Shown here: positions 46,407-56,074 of the stretch, in pieces
How positions within the stretch are numbered: the first letter of the stretch is position 1
Layout of the letters: each line of letters opens with the position of its first letter
Made by a program: the position numbers and the translations under genes
Source: an uncultured Collinsella sp.
GTDB lineage: Bacteria; Actinomycetota; Coriobacteriia; Coriobacteriales; Coriobacteriaceae
Direction: 5' to 3'
Assembly: GCA_902479135.1 (NCBI GenBank)
Contig: CABSNU010000006.1
Coordinates: 11,070-75,069, forward strand
Length of the DNA: 64,000 nucleotides
The notes under the pieces: generated by a model
What the model was told of the DNA's origin: nothing
Seen by the model: the letters and a program-made list of their open reading frames with translations, nothing else
Databases searched by the model: none

Positions 46407-47540
46407 ATGTACATTTCCACACATCAGGCTCTACTCGACTTTTGCCAGCGCGCCCGCGAGTTCGACGCGATTGCCGTTGACACCGAGTTTTTGCGCGAGC
46501 GCACGTTCCATCCTCGTCTGTGCCTGGTCCAGATTGCCACCCCTGCCGAGAGCGTCGCGGTCGACCCCCTGGTGATCGACGACCTGTCGCCGCTCGCCGA
46601 GCTTATGGCCGACGAGAGCGTGACCAAGGTGTTCCACGCCTGCTCGCAGGATATGGAGGTTATGCTCCATACCGTGGGCGTGCTGCCGCGTCCTATTTTT
46701 GACACGCAGGTCGCCGCTGCCTTTTTGGGCGAGCGCCAGCAGATTTCCTACGGCGCGCTCGTGCAGACCTTTTGCGGCGTCTCGCTGCCCAAGACTGAGT
46801 CGCTGACCGACTGGTCGCGCCGCCCGCTGACCGATAAGCAGATTGAATATGCGATCGATGATGTCAAGTATCTGATCGTCGCCTATACCGAGATGATGAG
46901 TCGCCTGCGCGAGCTGGGCCGCGTGGACTGGGTGCTCGACGAGCTGCGCCCGCTGGCCGATGAGTCGCACTATCGCGCCGACCGTCACGAGGCATTCCGT
47001 AAGGTCAAGCGCATCAACTCCTGCAGCCGCCATCAGCTGGGCATCGCACGTGAGCTTGCCGCCTGGCGCGAGGACCGTGCCGAGCGCCGCAACATCCCGC
47101 GCAAGTGGGTCATGTCCGACGATACACTGCTGGCGCTCGTCAAGCGCAATCCCGTGCGCGTCGAGGAGTTCCGCAGTATCCGCGGTACCGACCAGCTGGG
47201 TGAGCGCGATGTGGACGGCGCGCTCATGGCCATCAAGCGCGGCGCGAGCTGCCCACACGACCGTCTGCCGCTCATGGTGCGCGGGCATCGTCAGATCTCG
47301 CCGGAGCTGGAGAGCGTGACCGATCTTATGTATGCGCTCATTCGCCTGGTTGCCGAACGCTCGGGCGTGGCGACCTCGGTCATTGCCTCGCGCGATGACC
47401 TGGCCGACTACATTGAGCATCCCGAGCAGAGCCCCCTGCGCGAAGGCTGGCGCTTTGAGCTCGTGGGCTCGCGCCTGGACGATTTGCTCTCGGGCAATAT
47501 GGGGTTGACAGTGAAGGACGGCAAAATCGAGCTCTTGTAG
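46407..47540 (+). CDS. rnd: Ribonuclease D
   Basis: AVDTEF, LCLVQIA, KVFHA..QD, FDTQVAA, DWSRRPL, YAIDDV; HRDC domain. Confidence 0.92.
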   Translation: MYISTHQALLDFCQRAREFDAIAVDTEFLRERTFHPRLCLVQIATPAESVAVDPLVIDDLSPLAELMADESVTKVFHACSQDMEVMLHTVGVLPRPIFDTQVAAAFLGERQQISYGALVQTFCGVSLPKTESLTDWSRRPLTDKQIEYAIDDVKYLIVAYTEMMSRLRELGRVDWVLDELRPLADESHYRADRHEAFRKVKRINSCSRHQLGIARELAAWREDRAERRNIPRKWVMSDDTLLALVKRNPVRVEEFRSIRGTDQLGERDVDGALMAIKRGASCPHDRLPLMVRGHRQISPELESVTDLMYALIRLVAERSGVATSVIASRDDLADYIEHPEQSPLREGWRFELVGSRLDDLLSGNMGLTVKDGKIELL

Positions 47541-47604
47541 GGAAGCCTAGCCGGCTGAGTGGGTAGAATGCCTCCAACGTGTAACTCGATTCGGAGGAAT
47601 TCGC

Positions 47605-48309
47605 ATGCCTTATTACTATGGATACGGCTTTGGCATCGACCCACTGTACCTGCTGGTTGTTCTCGTTTGTACGGTGCTCGGTCTTGCCGCGCAGAGCTAT
47701 ATCAACTCGACGTACAAGACGTGGTCCAAGGTTCGTTCGGACGGTGACACAGGCGCTGCCGTCGCTCGCCGCATGCTCGACGCCAACGGTTGCAACGCCG
47801 TAGGCATCAAGGGTGTAGCCGGCGAGCTCACCGACCATTACAACCCGCAGGATAACAACCTGTATCTGTCGAATGCCAATCGCTCGGGCGGTTCGGTCGC
47901 AAGCGTTGCCGTTGCCTGCCACGAGGCAGGCCATGCCGCCCAGCGTCAAAGCGGTTACGCCATGATGAAGGTGCGCACCGCCCTCGTGCCGGTCGTCAAT
48001 TTTACCCAGAACACCTGGACGATCGTGCTGCTCATGGGCCTGTTCATGAACATCGCGGGGCTCACGACCCTCGCGCTGGTCTTCTTCTCGTTTAGCGTGC
48101 TGTTCCAGCTGGTTACACTGCCGGTCGAGATCGATGCCAGCCGTCGCGCCGTTGCGTATATCGAGCAGTCGGGCATGAGCTCCAAGCAGGTCAACGGTGC
48201 CAAGAAGGTGCTGACGGCAGCTGCGCTCACCTATGTGGCGGCAGCGCTCACCTCGATTATTCAGCTGCTCTACCTGATGGCTCGCTACAACAGAAACTCC
48301 AACCGATAA
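47605..48309 (+). CDS. Membrane zinc metallopeptidase (YugP-like)
   Basis: LTDHYNP, VACHEAGHA.Q, TLPVE.DASRRA, AAALTYVAA. Confidence 0.9.
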   Translation: MPYYYGYGFGIDPLYLLVVLVCTVLGLAAQSYINSTYKTWSKVRSDGDTGAAVARRMLDANGCNAVGIKGVAGELTDHYNPQDNNLYLSNANRSGGSVASVAVACHEAGHAAQRQSGYAMMKVRTALVPVVNFTQNTWTIVLLMGLFMNIAGLTTLALVFFSFSVLFQLVTLPVEIDASRRAVAYIEQSGMSSKQVNGAKKVLTAAALTYVAAALTSIIQLLYLMARYNRNSNR

Positions 48310-48424
48310 CAAATAGGACAGGCAGGCGCCGCGGGGATTCGTGTCCACGCGGCGCTGTACTATGTGTTGGACTTGAATTTGCGCAGGGCCGGAGCCCATG
48401 TGCACGATGACGAAAGGAGGCTGC

Positions 48425-49876
48425 GTGGCAGGCTGGAATCTGACCGGCAATACCGTTTCCGCCGAGTTCGACGGATCGGACGAGCAGGAGCGCAAAGAGC
48501 TCAGCGTGAGCCAAGCGGTGGAGATCGCCGCCGGCGCGCTCGACGCCATTCCGCAGCTGAGCGTTTTGGGTGAGGTCACGGGTTTTCGTGGTCCCAATGC
48601 CCGAAGCGGCCACTGCTACTTTCAGATCAAGGACGACTCGGCGGCCGTCGACTGCATCATCTGGAAGGGCGCCTACCTTAAGCGCACGTTCGATCTGCGC
48701 GACGGCATGCAGGTGAGCTTTAAGGGCAGCTTCAATCTCTATAAGGCCACGGGCCGCATGAGCTTTGTCGCTCGCTCGTTTTCGCTGGCGGGGGAGGGTC
48801 TGCTGCGTCAACAAGTGGCGCAACTGGCCGAAAAGCTACGCCGCGAGGGCCTGATGGACGAAGCGCGCAAACGCCGCATCCCGGTGTTCTGCTCCCGCGT
48901 GGCGGTCGTCACCTCGCTTTCGGGTGCCGTAATCGACGACGTCAAGCGCACATTGCGTCGTCGCAACCCGCTCGTCGAGCTCGTCTGCGTGGGCGCCAAG
49001 GTTCAAGGCGAGGGTGCGCCGGCCGAGCTTATTGAGGGCCTGCGCCGTGCCGCCGCCATCACGCCGGCGCCCGACTGCATCTTGCTGGTGCGCGGCGGCG
49101 GCTCCTTCGAGGACCTCATGACCTTCAACGACGAGGAGCTTGCCCGTGCAGTGGCTGCCTGTCCCGTGCCCGTGGTGACCGGTATCGGCCATGAGCCCGA
49201 TACCTCGATTTGCGACATGGTGAGCGACCGCCGTGCCTCCACGCCCACGGCGGCGGCAGAATCGGTGGCGCCGGCTATGACGGAGTTGGCCGATGTGCTC
49301 GAGGCGCGCCATCAGCGTCTGGGCGCTGCGATGGCATCGATGATTGGGTCGAATCAGGTTGATTTGGAGATGCTCGATCAGCGCGGTCGCCGTGCCTGGG
49401 ATACCTATACGGCTCGCTTGGGCGATGCGCTCGATGCGGCTGCGTGCCGCCCGTGCCTCAACGACCCCACATTTATGGTCGAGCGTCGCGAGTCGGAGCT
49501 TGCGCTGACTGCCGATCGCCTGTCGGGCGCCATAGTACGCTCGGTCGGGACATTCCGCTCCAACTTTGAGCGCCTGCCCGAGCGCCTGGTTGCAAGCACC
49601 TCGGGGCTCGATGGCAAACGCCATGCGCTCACGCTCGCGAGCTCTCGCCTGGAGCATCAGGGGCGCACGATGCTCAACAAGCCAGCGTCCGACCTGGGCC
49701 GTGCGGCAGCCTCGCTCGATGCCCTGTCGCCGCTCAAGGTGCTTGCCCGTGGTTATTCCATCGCGTACAGCGATGATGGGGTGGCCACGAGCGCCAAGAC
49801 CTTTAAGCCCGGCGACGCCATCCGCGTGCGCATGGCAGACGGCAACGTGGCGGCAACGGTCAATACGGTCGAGTAG
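48425..49876 (+). CDS. xseA: Exodeoxyribonuclease VII large subunit
   Basis: SGHCYF.IKD, VVTS.SGAV..D, RGGGSFEDL..FN.E, GIGHE.D, TPTAAAE, LSP..VLARGY. Confidence 0.95.
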   Translation: MAGWNLTGNTVSAEFDGSDEQERKELSVSQAVEIAAGALDAIPQLSVLGEVTGFRGPNARSGHCYFQIKDDSAAVDCIIWKGAYLKRTFDLRDGMQVSFKGSFNLYKATGRMSFVARSFSLAGEGLLRQQVAQLAEKLRREGLMDEARKRRIPVFCSRVAVVTSLSGAVIDDVKRTLRRRNPLVELVCVGAKVQGEGAPAELIEGLRRAAAITPAPDCILLVRGGGSFEDLMTFNDEELARAVAACPVPVVTGIGHEPDTSICDMVSDRRASTPTAAAESVAPAMTELADVLEARHQRLGAAMASMIGSNQVDLEMLDQRGRRAWDTYTARLGDALDAAACRPCLNDPTFMVERRESELALTADRLSGAIVRSVGTFRSNFERLPERLVASTSGLDGKRHALTLASSRLEHQGRTMLNKPASDLGRAAASLDALSPLKVLARGYSIAYSDDGVATSAKTFKPGDAIRVRMADGNVAATVNTVE

Positions 49877-49918
49877 ACCGAGTTTCATAGCGATAAACCT
49901 TTAGGAAAGGAAACAGAT

Positions 49919-50185
49919 ATGGCAGAGAAGACCCCGGTCGAGCAGCTTACGTACAAGCAGGCCTCGCAGGAGCTGGAGCTCATCATTCGCAGCTTGGAGT
50001 CGGGCGATATGGAGCTCGAGGAGTCGCTCGAGAGCTATACCCGCGGCGTCGAGCTCCTCAAGAGCCTGCGCACCCGCCTGTCCGATGCCGAGCAGAAGGT
50101 CTCGGTGCTTCTTAAGGACGTCGACGGCAACGACGTGCTCGCCGACGGCGAAGCCGCCAACACCGACGACAACCTCTCGTTCTAA
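49919..50185 (+). CDS. xseB: Exodeoxyribonuclease VII small subunit
   Basis: LE.I...LE.G...LEESL..Y.RG..L.......L..AEQKV. Confidence 0.92.
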   Translation: MAEKTPVEQLTYKQASQELELIIRSLESGDMELEESLESYTRGVELLKSLRTRLSDAEQKVSVLLKDVDGNDVLADGEAANTDDNLSF

Positions 50186-50206
50186 CCACCTTGCAGCCTA
50201 CTTTGG

Positions 50207-50314
50207 GGTAGTCTTTTTGGGACGGGGCTTTTTGACTACCCTTGCGCGACGGCTTGCCGAGCGCTTGCGCTTGCGAAAAAGTAGTCAAAAAAGCCCCGTC
50301 CCAAAAAGACTACC
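50207..50314. repeat. REPIN-like long inverted repeat (GGGACGGGG type)
   Basis: GGTAGTCTTTTTGGGACGGGGCTTTTTGACTAC / GTAGTCAAAAAAGCCCCGTCCCAAAAAGACTACC. Confidence 0.7.
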
Positions 50315-50339
50315 TTGGTCTGTGAGAAAGGAACCAACC

Positions 50340-50675
50340 ATGTGTGATTGCATCTTCTGCAAAATCGCCAACCACGAGATCCCCTCGACCGTTGTCTATG
50401 AGGACGACCAGGTCATCGCGTTCGACGACCTCAATCCCCAGGCGCCGGTCCACACGCTCGTGATCCCCAAAAAGCACTACAGCGACATCGCCGACAACGT
50501 ACCGGCCGAGACCATGGGCGCCATGGCTCACGCCATCCAGGAGGTCGCTAAGGCCAAGGGCTTGGAGGACGGTTTCCGCGTCATCTCCAACAAGGGCGTC
50601 AACGCCGGCCAGACCGTCATGCACTTCCACATGCACGTTCTCGGTGGCAAGAACCTGGGCGAGAACCTCATCTGA
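50340..50675 (+). CDS. HIT family nucleotide-binding protein
   Basis: CIFCKI, AF.D.NPQAPVH, AGQTVMHFHMHV. Confidence 0.92.
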   Translation: MCDCIFCKIANHEIPSTVVYEDDQVIAFDDLNPQAPVHTLVIPKKHYSDIADNVPAETMGAMAHAIQEVAKAKGLEDGFRVISNKGVNAGQTVMHFHMHVLGGKNLGENLI

Positions 50676-50716
50676 GGGCGCGTAGGCCGTCGACTTGGCT
50701 GCCTTTGGAGTAATCT

Positions 50717-51607
50717 ATGCAGCTTTCTCAACTCGAATACCTTCAAGCTGTAGCGAACTATGGCGGCGTGCGCAAAGCAGCTCGCGCCGTTCACGTGAGT
50801 CCGCAGGCTGTTTCGTCGGCAATAAAAAAGTTGGAATCTGAGTATCAGATTGTTTTGCTCGACCGATCGGCGGGGGAGGCTGTTTTGTCTCCGGCGGGCA
50901 GAGAATTTGCGCGTCGTGCACGCGTGATCCTGGCGCAAGTCGACGATCTCAAAAAGTACGCTCAATCGGGGAACGGCGGCGTTTCGCCCGACGGCCATTT
51001 CCGTCTTTACGCCCCCTGTCTTCACGGGCGGGGGCGCCTTTTTTCCGAAAACTGGTACGACTCGTTTGAAAGCTCGCACCCTCAGATTCATCTTGATGTG
51101 TGGCATCAGCCAACGGCAACATGCTTTGAATCACTTATACTTGGAATTTCGGACGCGGCTATCTCGTTCGAGGAACCACGGGACAGCGTCCTTTCTTCAA
51201 AATATATGGGTGAAAAGGAGCTCAGGGTTCTTTCATGTCCAGCTGGTCATCAATCTGTTGACGCTATGACCATTCGTGAGTTACTGGGCGGCAGGCTCGC
51301 TGTTCCCATTAATTTGTCACCCTGTCTCAATGCAATTAATCAATGTCCCGAAGCTCAGCTGGTTAATTTCCGCTTTCGCGATGTCGAATACGGAAACAGG
51401 GCGCAGGCTGAGTTTCTTCAAGCCGGGGGATTGATATTGAGTTTTTCTGGCTCTTCTCTCGCATCGGATGGATCGGAAGTGAGCGAGTGCTCCATTGAAG
51501 CCTCACATGACGTAGCCTTGCCCATCTACTTTTGCTATCGACAAAATGCCTGGACCGATCGACACCAGACGGTATTTCTTCACCTATTGCGTCATCTCGC
51601 TTCGTGA
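50717..51607 (+). CDS. LysR family regulator with a divergent effector domain
   Basis: QLEYL.AVA..G.VRKAA...HVSPQAVS.AIKKLE. Confidence 0.8.
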   Translation: MQLSQLEYLQAVANYGGVRKAARAVHVSPQAVSSAIKKLESEYQIVLLDRSAGEAVLSPAGREFARRARVILAQVDDLKKYAQSGNGGVSPDGHFRLYAPCLHGRGRLFSENWYDSFESSHPQIHLDVWHQPTATCFESLILGISDAAISFEEPRDSVLSSKYMGEKELRVLSCPAGHQSVDAMTIRELLGGRLAVPINLSPCLNAINQCPEAQLVNFRFRDVEYGNRAQAEFLQAGGLILSFSGSSLASDGSEVSECSIEASHDVALPIYFCYRQNAWTDRHQTVFLHLLRHLAS

Positions 51608-51726
51608 GGCCATTTGGCCTCGTGTCGTCAAGTGAATGTTGACGCCCTGCAACACATAGCTGACAGCTTTGCCCTCATGCTTTTCCAAGATTTCGATTTA
51701 GATTGCTGACTCTTGGAGGGCGGAGC

Positions 51727-52887
51727 ATGAAAAACCGTACGGTTTTGCTTTATATGACGTTCGTTTTTCTGTCGAACTTCAGCACCATTTTGTATTTTCT
51801 GACGGTTTACCTTGAATTCGTCGGATTCTCGATGGTGGCGATTTCTAGCATGATGATTGCATATCAAGTGAGCAAGTTCATCCTTGAAGTTCCCACTGGC
51901 TATATTGCTGATAGGCTTGGACGAAAGACGAGCGGTCTCGTTGGCGTCGTGGGAATGCTTGGATACTACGCCGCCCTACTCCTTGTCCGTTCTCCTCTGC
52001 TTTTGATCGGCGCGTTTGCTCTCAAAGGTTTTGCCGCTGCATGTGTGAGCGGATCCATCGAAGCGATTTACATTGACAGCGTCTCTCGGGACCAGCTCGT
52101 AAGACTTAATGTCGTTGAGCGATTTGTTTTCTATGCCTCTTATGCCATCTCCGCTTGCGTGGGCGGTTTCATTTCGTCTGTCGGTGCATATCTCATTGGC
52201 CTTTCGGCAGATATCATCGCAATGGTGTTGACGTTGGTTGTTGTTGTCTGCATTCCTGAGATGCGAAGAGGGGGCACTGCGGGGACACCTGAGCGTGGAA
52301 TGAGCCCGAAGATGATCGGTGCCGCTATTGCGTGTAACGGAATTCTTCGTTCAGCGTTCATCATGGACTGTTCTCAAGCATTTGCTTTTGTCGCCCTGGA
52401 AGACTTTTTCTCACTGTTGCTTTCGGGTCGCGGAATGAATGCCGTCGCTTCGGGTGTGATCATTGCGGTCCAGCTCCTTGCCTCGGCCTCCATGGGGCTT
52501 ATTGTGCCCAGTGTGATTGCTCATGTCGACAAGGGCCGTTTTGCGCGTATTTGCGGCATCGTGCGCCTTTCCCTGACTGCCCTGTTTTTGATTCCCTTTA
52601 CTCCGATCTATTTGCTGCCCGTGTTCTATGTGTTGCAGACGGTCGCCTACTCGTTATTTGCTCCAATTAAATACTCAATTTTTCAAAATGCCGCCGATTC
52701 TTCGATGCGCTGTTCATTGATTTCGGTTCAAAGCCAAATGGTGGCGGTGGGCGCTGTTCTTTTCTATCTGTTCAACGCCGTGTTGAGTAGCATTACGGGT
52801 ATTCGAGTTGTATTGCTTGTTGCACTCGGGATTTCTTCTCTGGCGTATATTCCCGCGCTATTTCGTCTTACAAGTCAAAGACCATGA
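51727..52887 (+). CDS. MFS transporter
   Basis: LEVPTGYIADRLGRKTS, SGSIEA; about 12 TM segments. Confidence 0.85.
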   Translation: MKNRTVLLYMTFVFLSNFSTILYFLTVYLEFVGFSMVAISSMMIAYQVSKFILEVPTGYIADRLGRKTSGLVGVVGMLGYYAALLLVRSPLLLIGAFALKGFAAACVSGSIEAIYIDSVSRDQLVRLNVVERFVFYASYAISACVGGFISSVGAYLIGLSADIIAMVLTLVVVVCIPEMRRGGTAGTPERGMSPKMIGAAIACNGILRSAFIMDCSQAFAFVALEDFFSLLLSGRGMNAVASGVIIAVQLLASASMGLIVPSVIAHVDKGRFARICGIVRLSLTALFLIPFTPIYLLPVFYVLQTVAYSLFAPIKYSIFQNAADSSMRCSLISVQSQMVAVGAVLFYLFNAVLSSITGIRVVLLVALGISSLAYIPALFRLTSQRP

Positions 52888-53007
52888 GCACTCATGCATC
52901 GATAACTTATATATCAACGCAATAAACCCGAGCGCGAGGGCGTTTGGGTTTATTATTGAAGCGTATGTAACCTGGCGGCGCCACACCGCCTGTTAGTAGG
53001 GAGACAC

Positions 53008-54186
53008 ATGAACGTTCTGGTCGTCAACGCAGGATCTTCGACCCTTAAGTATCAGGTCATCGATACCAAGTCCCACAAGGTGTCCGCGAAGGGCTCCTGC
53101 GAGCGCGTCTGCTTTACCGGCGGTACCTTCACGCATGCTGCCAACGGCTCCAAGAAGGTGACCGAGAACATCGAGTTCCCCGACCACAAGGTCGCCATCG
53201 AGGCTGTCCTGAAGGACCTCGAGGCCAACGGCGTCAAGATCGAGGGCATCGGCCACCGCATCGTTCAGGGCGGTTGGTACTTTGGCGATTCCTCCCTCGT
53301 CGACGAGGACGTTCTTGCCAAGATCCGCGAGGTTGCCCCGCTCGCTCCGCTGCACAACAACCCCGAGGCCAACGTTATCGAGTACTGCCTGGAGCAGTAT
53401 CCCGACCTGCCTAACGTCACGGTCTACGACACCGCTTTCCACTTCAACATGCCCGAGGTCGCCAAGACTTACGCCCTGCCCAAGGACGTCTGCGACAAGC
53501 TGCACATCCGCAAGTACGGCGCCCACGGCACCAGCTATCGCTACATCTCCAAGAAGGTTGCCGAGATGACCAACGGCGAGGCCCGTAAGGTCGTCGTGTG
53601 CCACATCGGCTCCGGCGCTTCCTTGTGCGCCATCGAGGACGGCAAGTGCATGGACACCACCATGGGCCTCACCCCGCTCGACGGCGTCATGATGGGCACC
53701 CGCTGTGGTTCCATCGACCCGGCTACCGTGTGCTATCTGCAGCGCGAGGGTGGCTACACCTTCGACGAGGTCGACGAGATGATGAACAAGAAGTCCGGCC
53801 TCATGGCCGTGACCGGCGGCAAGACCAACGACTGCCGTAACGTCGAGGAGCTCGCCGCCGCCGGCGACCCCGAGGCTCAGCTCGCCTTCGATATGTTCGT
53901 CTACAAGATTGCCGCCAAGGCAGCCGAGATGGCAACCTCCATGTGCGGCATGGACACGCTCGTCTTTACCGCCGGTATCGGCGAGCACGCTCCGGCTGTC
54001 CGCGCCGGTGTGGCCGACCGTCTGGCCTTTATGGGCGTCAAGATGGACCATGCCCGCAACGCCCTGCGTGGTGACGGCGCTTGGTGCCTGTCCGCCAAGG
54101 ATTCCAAGGTCAAGATCTTCGTCATCCCCACGGACGAGGAGTTTATGATCGCTTCCGACGTTGAGCGCATCGTTAACGGCAAGTAA
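53008..54186 (+). CDS. ackA: Acetate kinase (copy 1)
   Basis: NAGSST.K, GHRIV.GG, APLHN, TTMGLTPLDG, FTAGIGE, PTDEE. Confidence 0.92.
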   Translation: MNVLVVNAGSSTLKYQVIDTKSHKVSAKGSCERVCFTGGTFTHAANGSKKVTENIEFPDHKVAIEAVLKDLEANGVKIEGIGHRIVQGGWYFGDSSLVDEDVLAKIREVAPLAPLHNNPEANVIEYCLEQYPDLPNVTVYDTAFHFNMPEVAKTYALPKDVCDKLHIRKYGAHGTSYRYISKKVAEMTNGEARKVVVCHIGSGASLCAIEDGKCMDTTMGLTPLDGVMMGTRCGSIDPATVCYLQREGGYTFDEVDEMMNKKSGLMAVTGGKTNDCRNVEELAAAGDPEAQLAFDMFVYKIAAKAAEMATSMCGMDTLVFTAGIGEHAPAVRAGVADRLAFMGVKMDHARNALRGDGAWCLSAKDSKVKIFVIPTDEEFMIASDVERIVNGK

Positions 54187-54350
54187 TTGATGCAAGGGGA
54201 GGGGACTGGATGGCCTTGTGCCGTTCAGCCCCCTTTTATGCACTTTGAGCGAAGAGTTTAATAGATATTTATTGAATTCTGATAACTTCTTATTAAGGAT
54301 ACGGCCGCCTTATGGGTTTGCCGACCGTACTGTAATCACGAAGGAGTCTC

Positions 54351-55529
54351 ATGAACGTACTTGTTGTCAACGCCGGCAGCTCGAGCCTTAAATATCAGCT
54401 TTTGGACACCGATACCCGCGAGGTTTTCGCTAAGGGCAACTGCGAACGTATCGGTTCGGACATGGGCATCTTTGGCCACTCCGAGAACGGTGGCGTCAAG
54501 CAGACCGAGGAGATTCCTTTCCCCGACCACCGCTCGGCTATCGCGCGCGTGCTCGAGGAGCTCGAGAAGACCGACTTTACGATCGATGGCATTGGGCATC
54601 GTATTGTTCAGGGTGGCTGGTACTTTGACGATTCCGCGGTCGTCGACGATGAGGTCATGGCTAAGATTCTCGAGGTGGCACCGCTTGCCCCGCTGCACAA
54701 CTACGGCGAGGCAGCGGCAATCGAGTATTGTCGCGAGAAGTATCCGGAGCTGCCCAACGTGGCCGTCTTCGACACCTCGTTCCACATGACTATGCCCGAG
54801 GTCGCCTACACCTACGCGCTGCCCAAGGACGTGTGCGACAAGTACCACGTGCGCAAGTACGGCGCGCACGGTACGAGCCACCGTTACGAGTGGATGATGG
54901 CCAAGGAGATCCTGGGTACGCGCTGCCACCGTCTGCTTTCGTGTCATCTGGGCAACGGCGCTTCGCTCGCCGCCATTGAGGACGGTGTATGCCGCGATAC
55001 CACGATGGGCCTCACGCCGCTCGACGGCCTGATGATGGGCACCCGTTGTGGTTCCATTGACCCGGCTACCGTGTGCTACCTGCAGCGCGAGGGCGGCTAC
55101 AGCTACCAGGAAGTCGATGACATGATGAACAAGCAGTCTGGTCTGCTTGCCATCTCGGGCATCTCCAACGACGCCCGTGACATCCGTACGCGCGCCTCCG
55201 AGGGCGACGAGCGCTGCCTGCTCGCCTTCGATATGTTCGCCTACAAGGCCATGCAGCAGGCCGGCTCCATGATCGCTTCAATGGCGGGCGTGGACACCAT
55301 TACCTTTACCGCCGGCATTGGCGAGAATGACTGGTCGATCCGCAAGGCCTTCTGCGACTGCTTCGAGTGGCTGGGCGTGCGCATCGACAACAACAAGAAC
55401 CGCGAGGCCGTGGGTAACGGCCCGCAGGTCATCAGCGCCGCCGGCTCTTCCGTCACGGTCATGGTCATCCCCACCGACGAGGAATACATGATCGCCCACG
55501 ACGTCGAGCGTCTGACTGGTAATAACTAA
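54351..55529 (+). CDS. ackA: Acetate kinase (copy 2)
   Basis: NAGSSSLK, HLGNGAS, FTAGIGEN, PTDEE. Confidence 0.92.
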   Translation: MNVLVVNAGSSSLKYQLLDTDTREVFAKGNCERIGSDMGIFGHSENGGVKQTEEIPFPDHRSAIARVLEELEKTDFTIDGIGHRIVQGGWYFDDSAVVDDEVMAKILEVAPLAPLHNYGEAAAIEYCREKYPELPNVAVFDTSFHMTMPEVAYTYALPKDVCDKYHVRKYGAHGTSHRYEWMMAKEILGTRCHRLLSCHLGNGASLAAIEDGVCRDTTMGLTPLDGLMMGTRCGSIDPATVCYLQREGGYSYQEVDDMMNKQSGLLAISGISNDARDIRTRASEGDERCLLAFDMFAYKAMQQAGSMIASMAGVDTITFTAGIGENDWSIRKAFCDCFEWLGVRIDNNKNREAVGNGPQVISAAGSSVTVMVIPTDEEYMIAHDVERLTGNN

Positions 55530-55597
55530 CGAATTCGTTTGCAATTGAGAGAAAGGCCTCCAGAGCAACAGCTCCGGAGGCCTATTTACTACTGGAC

Positions 55598-55767
55598 GGA
55601 AACTCCATCCCATTTAGAACGCGAATTCCGGGACGCACTTTCCGGTTGAGGCACGTAGCGGAAACCGCATCCCACAATCAAGCATAATTCCGTCCCGTAG
55701 TTTCCCAAACAGGCTCCAAGTGGAAACCGTATCCCAGAATCCGCCCCCAAACCGGGACGCACTTTCC
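55598..55767. repeat. 62-bp-period array of alternately inverted 15-bp motifs with 16-bp spacers
   Basis: GGAAAC...ATCCCA at 55598, 55660 and 55722; inverted ...TTTCC arms 31 bp after each. Confidence 0.75.
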
Positions 55768-55929
55768 GGTTGAACAGTCGCAGACCACACAAGCCATTTC
55801 AAATCCAAAGTGACCATATCCGCAACGCCCGCGCTCTCAACAACGGCACCCAACCATTCAGATTTACAGCCCCAGCTCGTAGCCAAGCCGCCGTCCACCC
55901 CAGATTCCCTGAATGCCACGTGACGGTAG

Positions 55930-56058
55930 AAGGCCCCACAGGGTAACCCCTGAAAACATCCCGCAGACCAGAAACGCCCCCGTTCGTAGCTCCGAAGGAG
56001 CAGAACGGGGGCGTTTCATTGGTCGAGGACGTTTTCAGGGGTTACCCTGTGGGGCCTT
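55930..56058. repeat. Long imperfect hairpin (~130 bp) downstream of pta
   Basis: AAGGCCCCACAGGGTAACCCCTGAAAAC / GTTTTCAGGGGTTACCCTGTGGGGCCTT with inner stems. Confidence 0.75.
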
Positions 56059-56074
56059 CGGGCGAGTATGTTCG

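Noticed and set aside
51608..51709. Post-LysR peptide ending FQDFDLDC as a second RiPP precursor
   Set aside because: No well-spaced RBS and start, no adjacent maturase, and only superficial similarity to the 36-aa peptide.
53509..53540. YGAHG instead of YGFHG in both acetate kinases as a sign of new specificity
   Set aside because: Shared by both copies and, from memory, also found in other actinobacterial acetate kinases; not diagnostic.
55598..55767. Possible mini CRISPR array
   Set aside because: Repeats are 15 bp, alternate in orientation and have 16-bp spacers, and there are no cas genes. Reported as a different repeat type.
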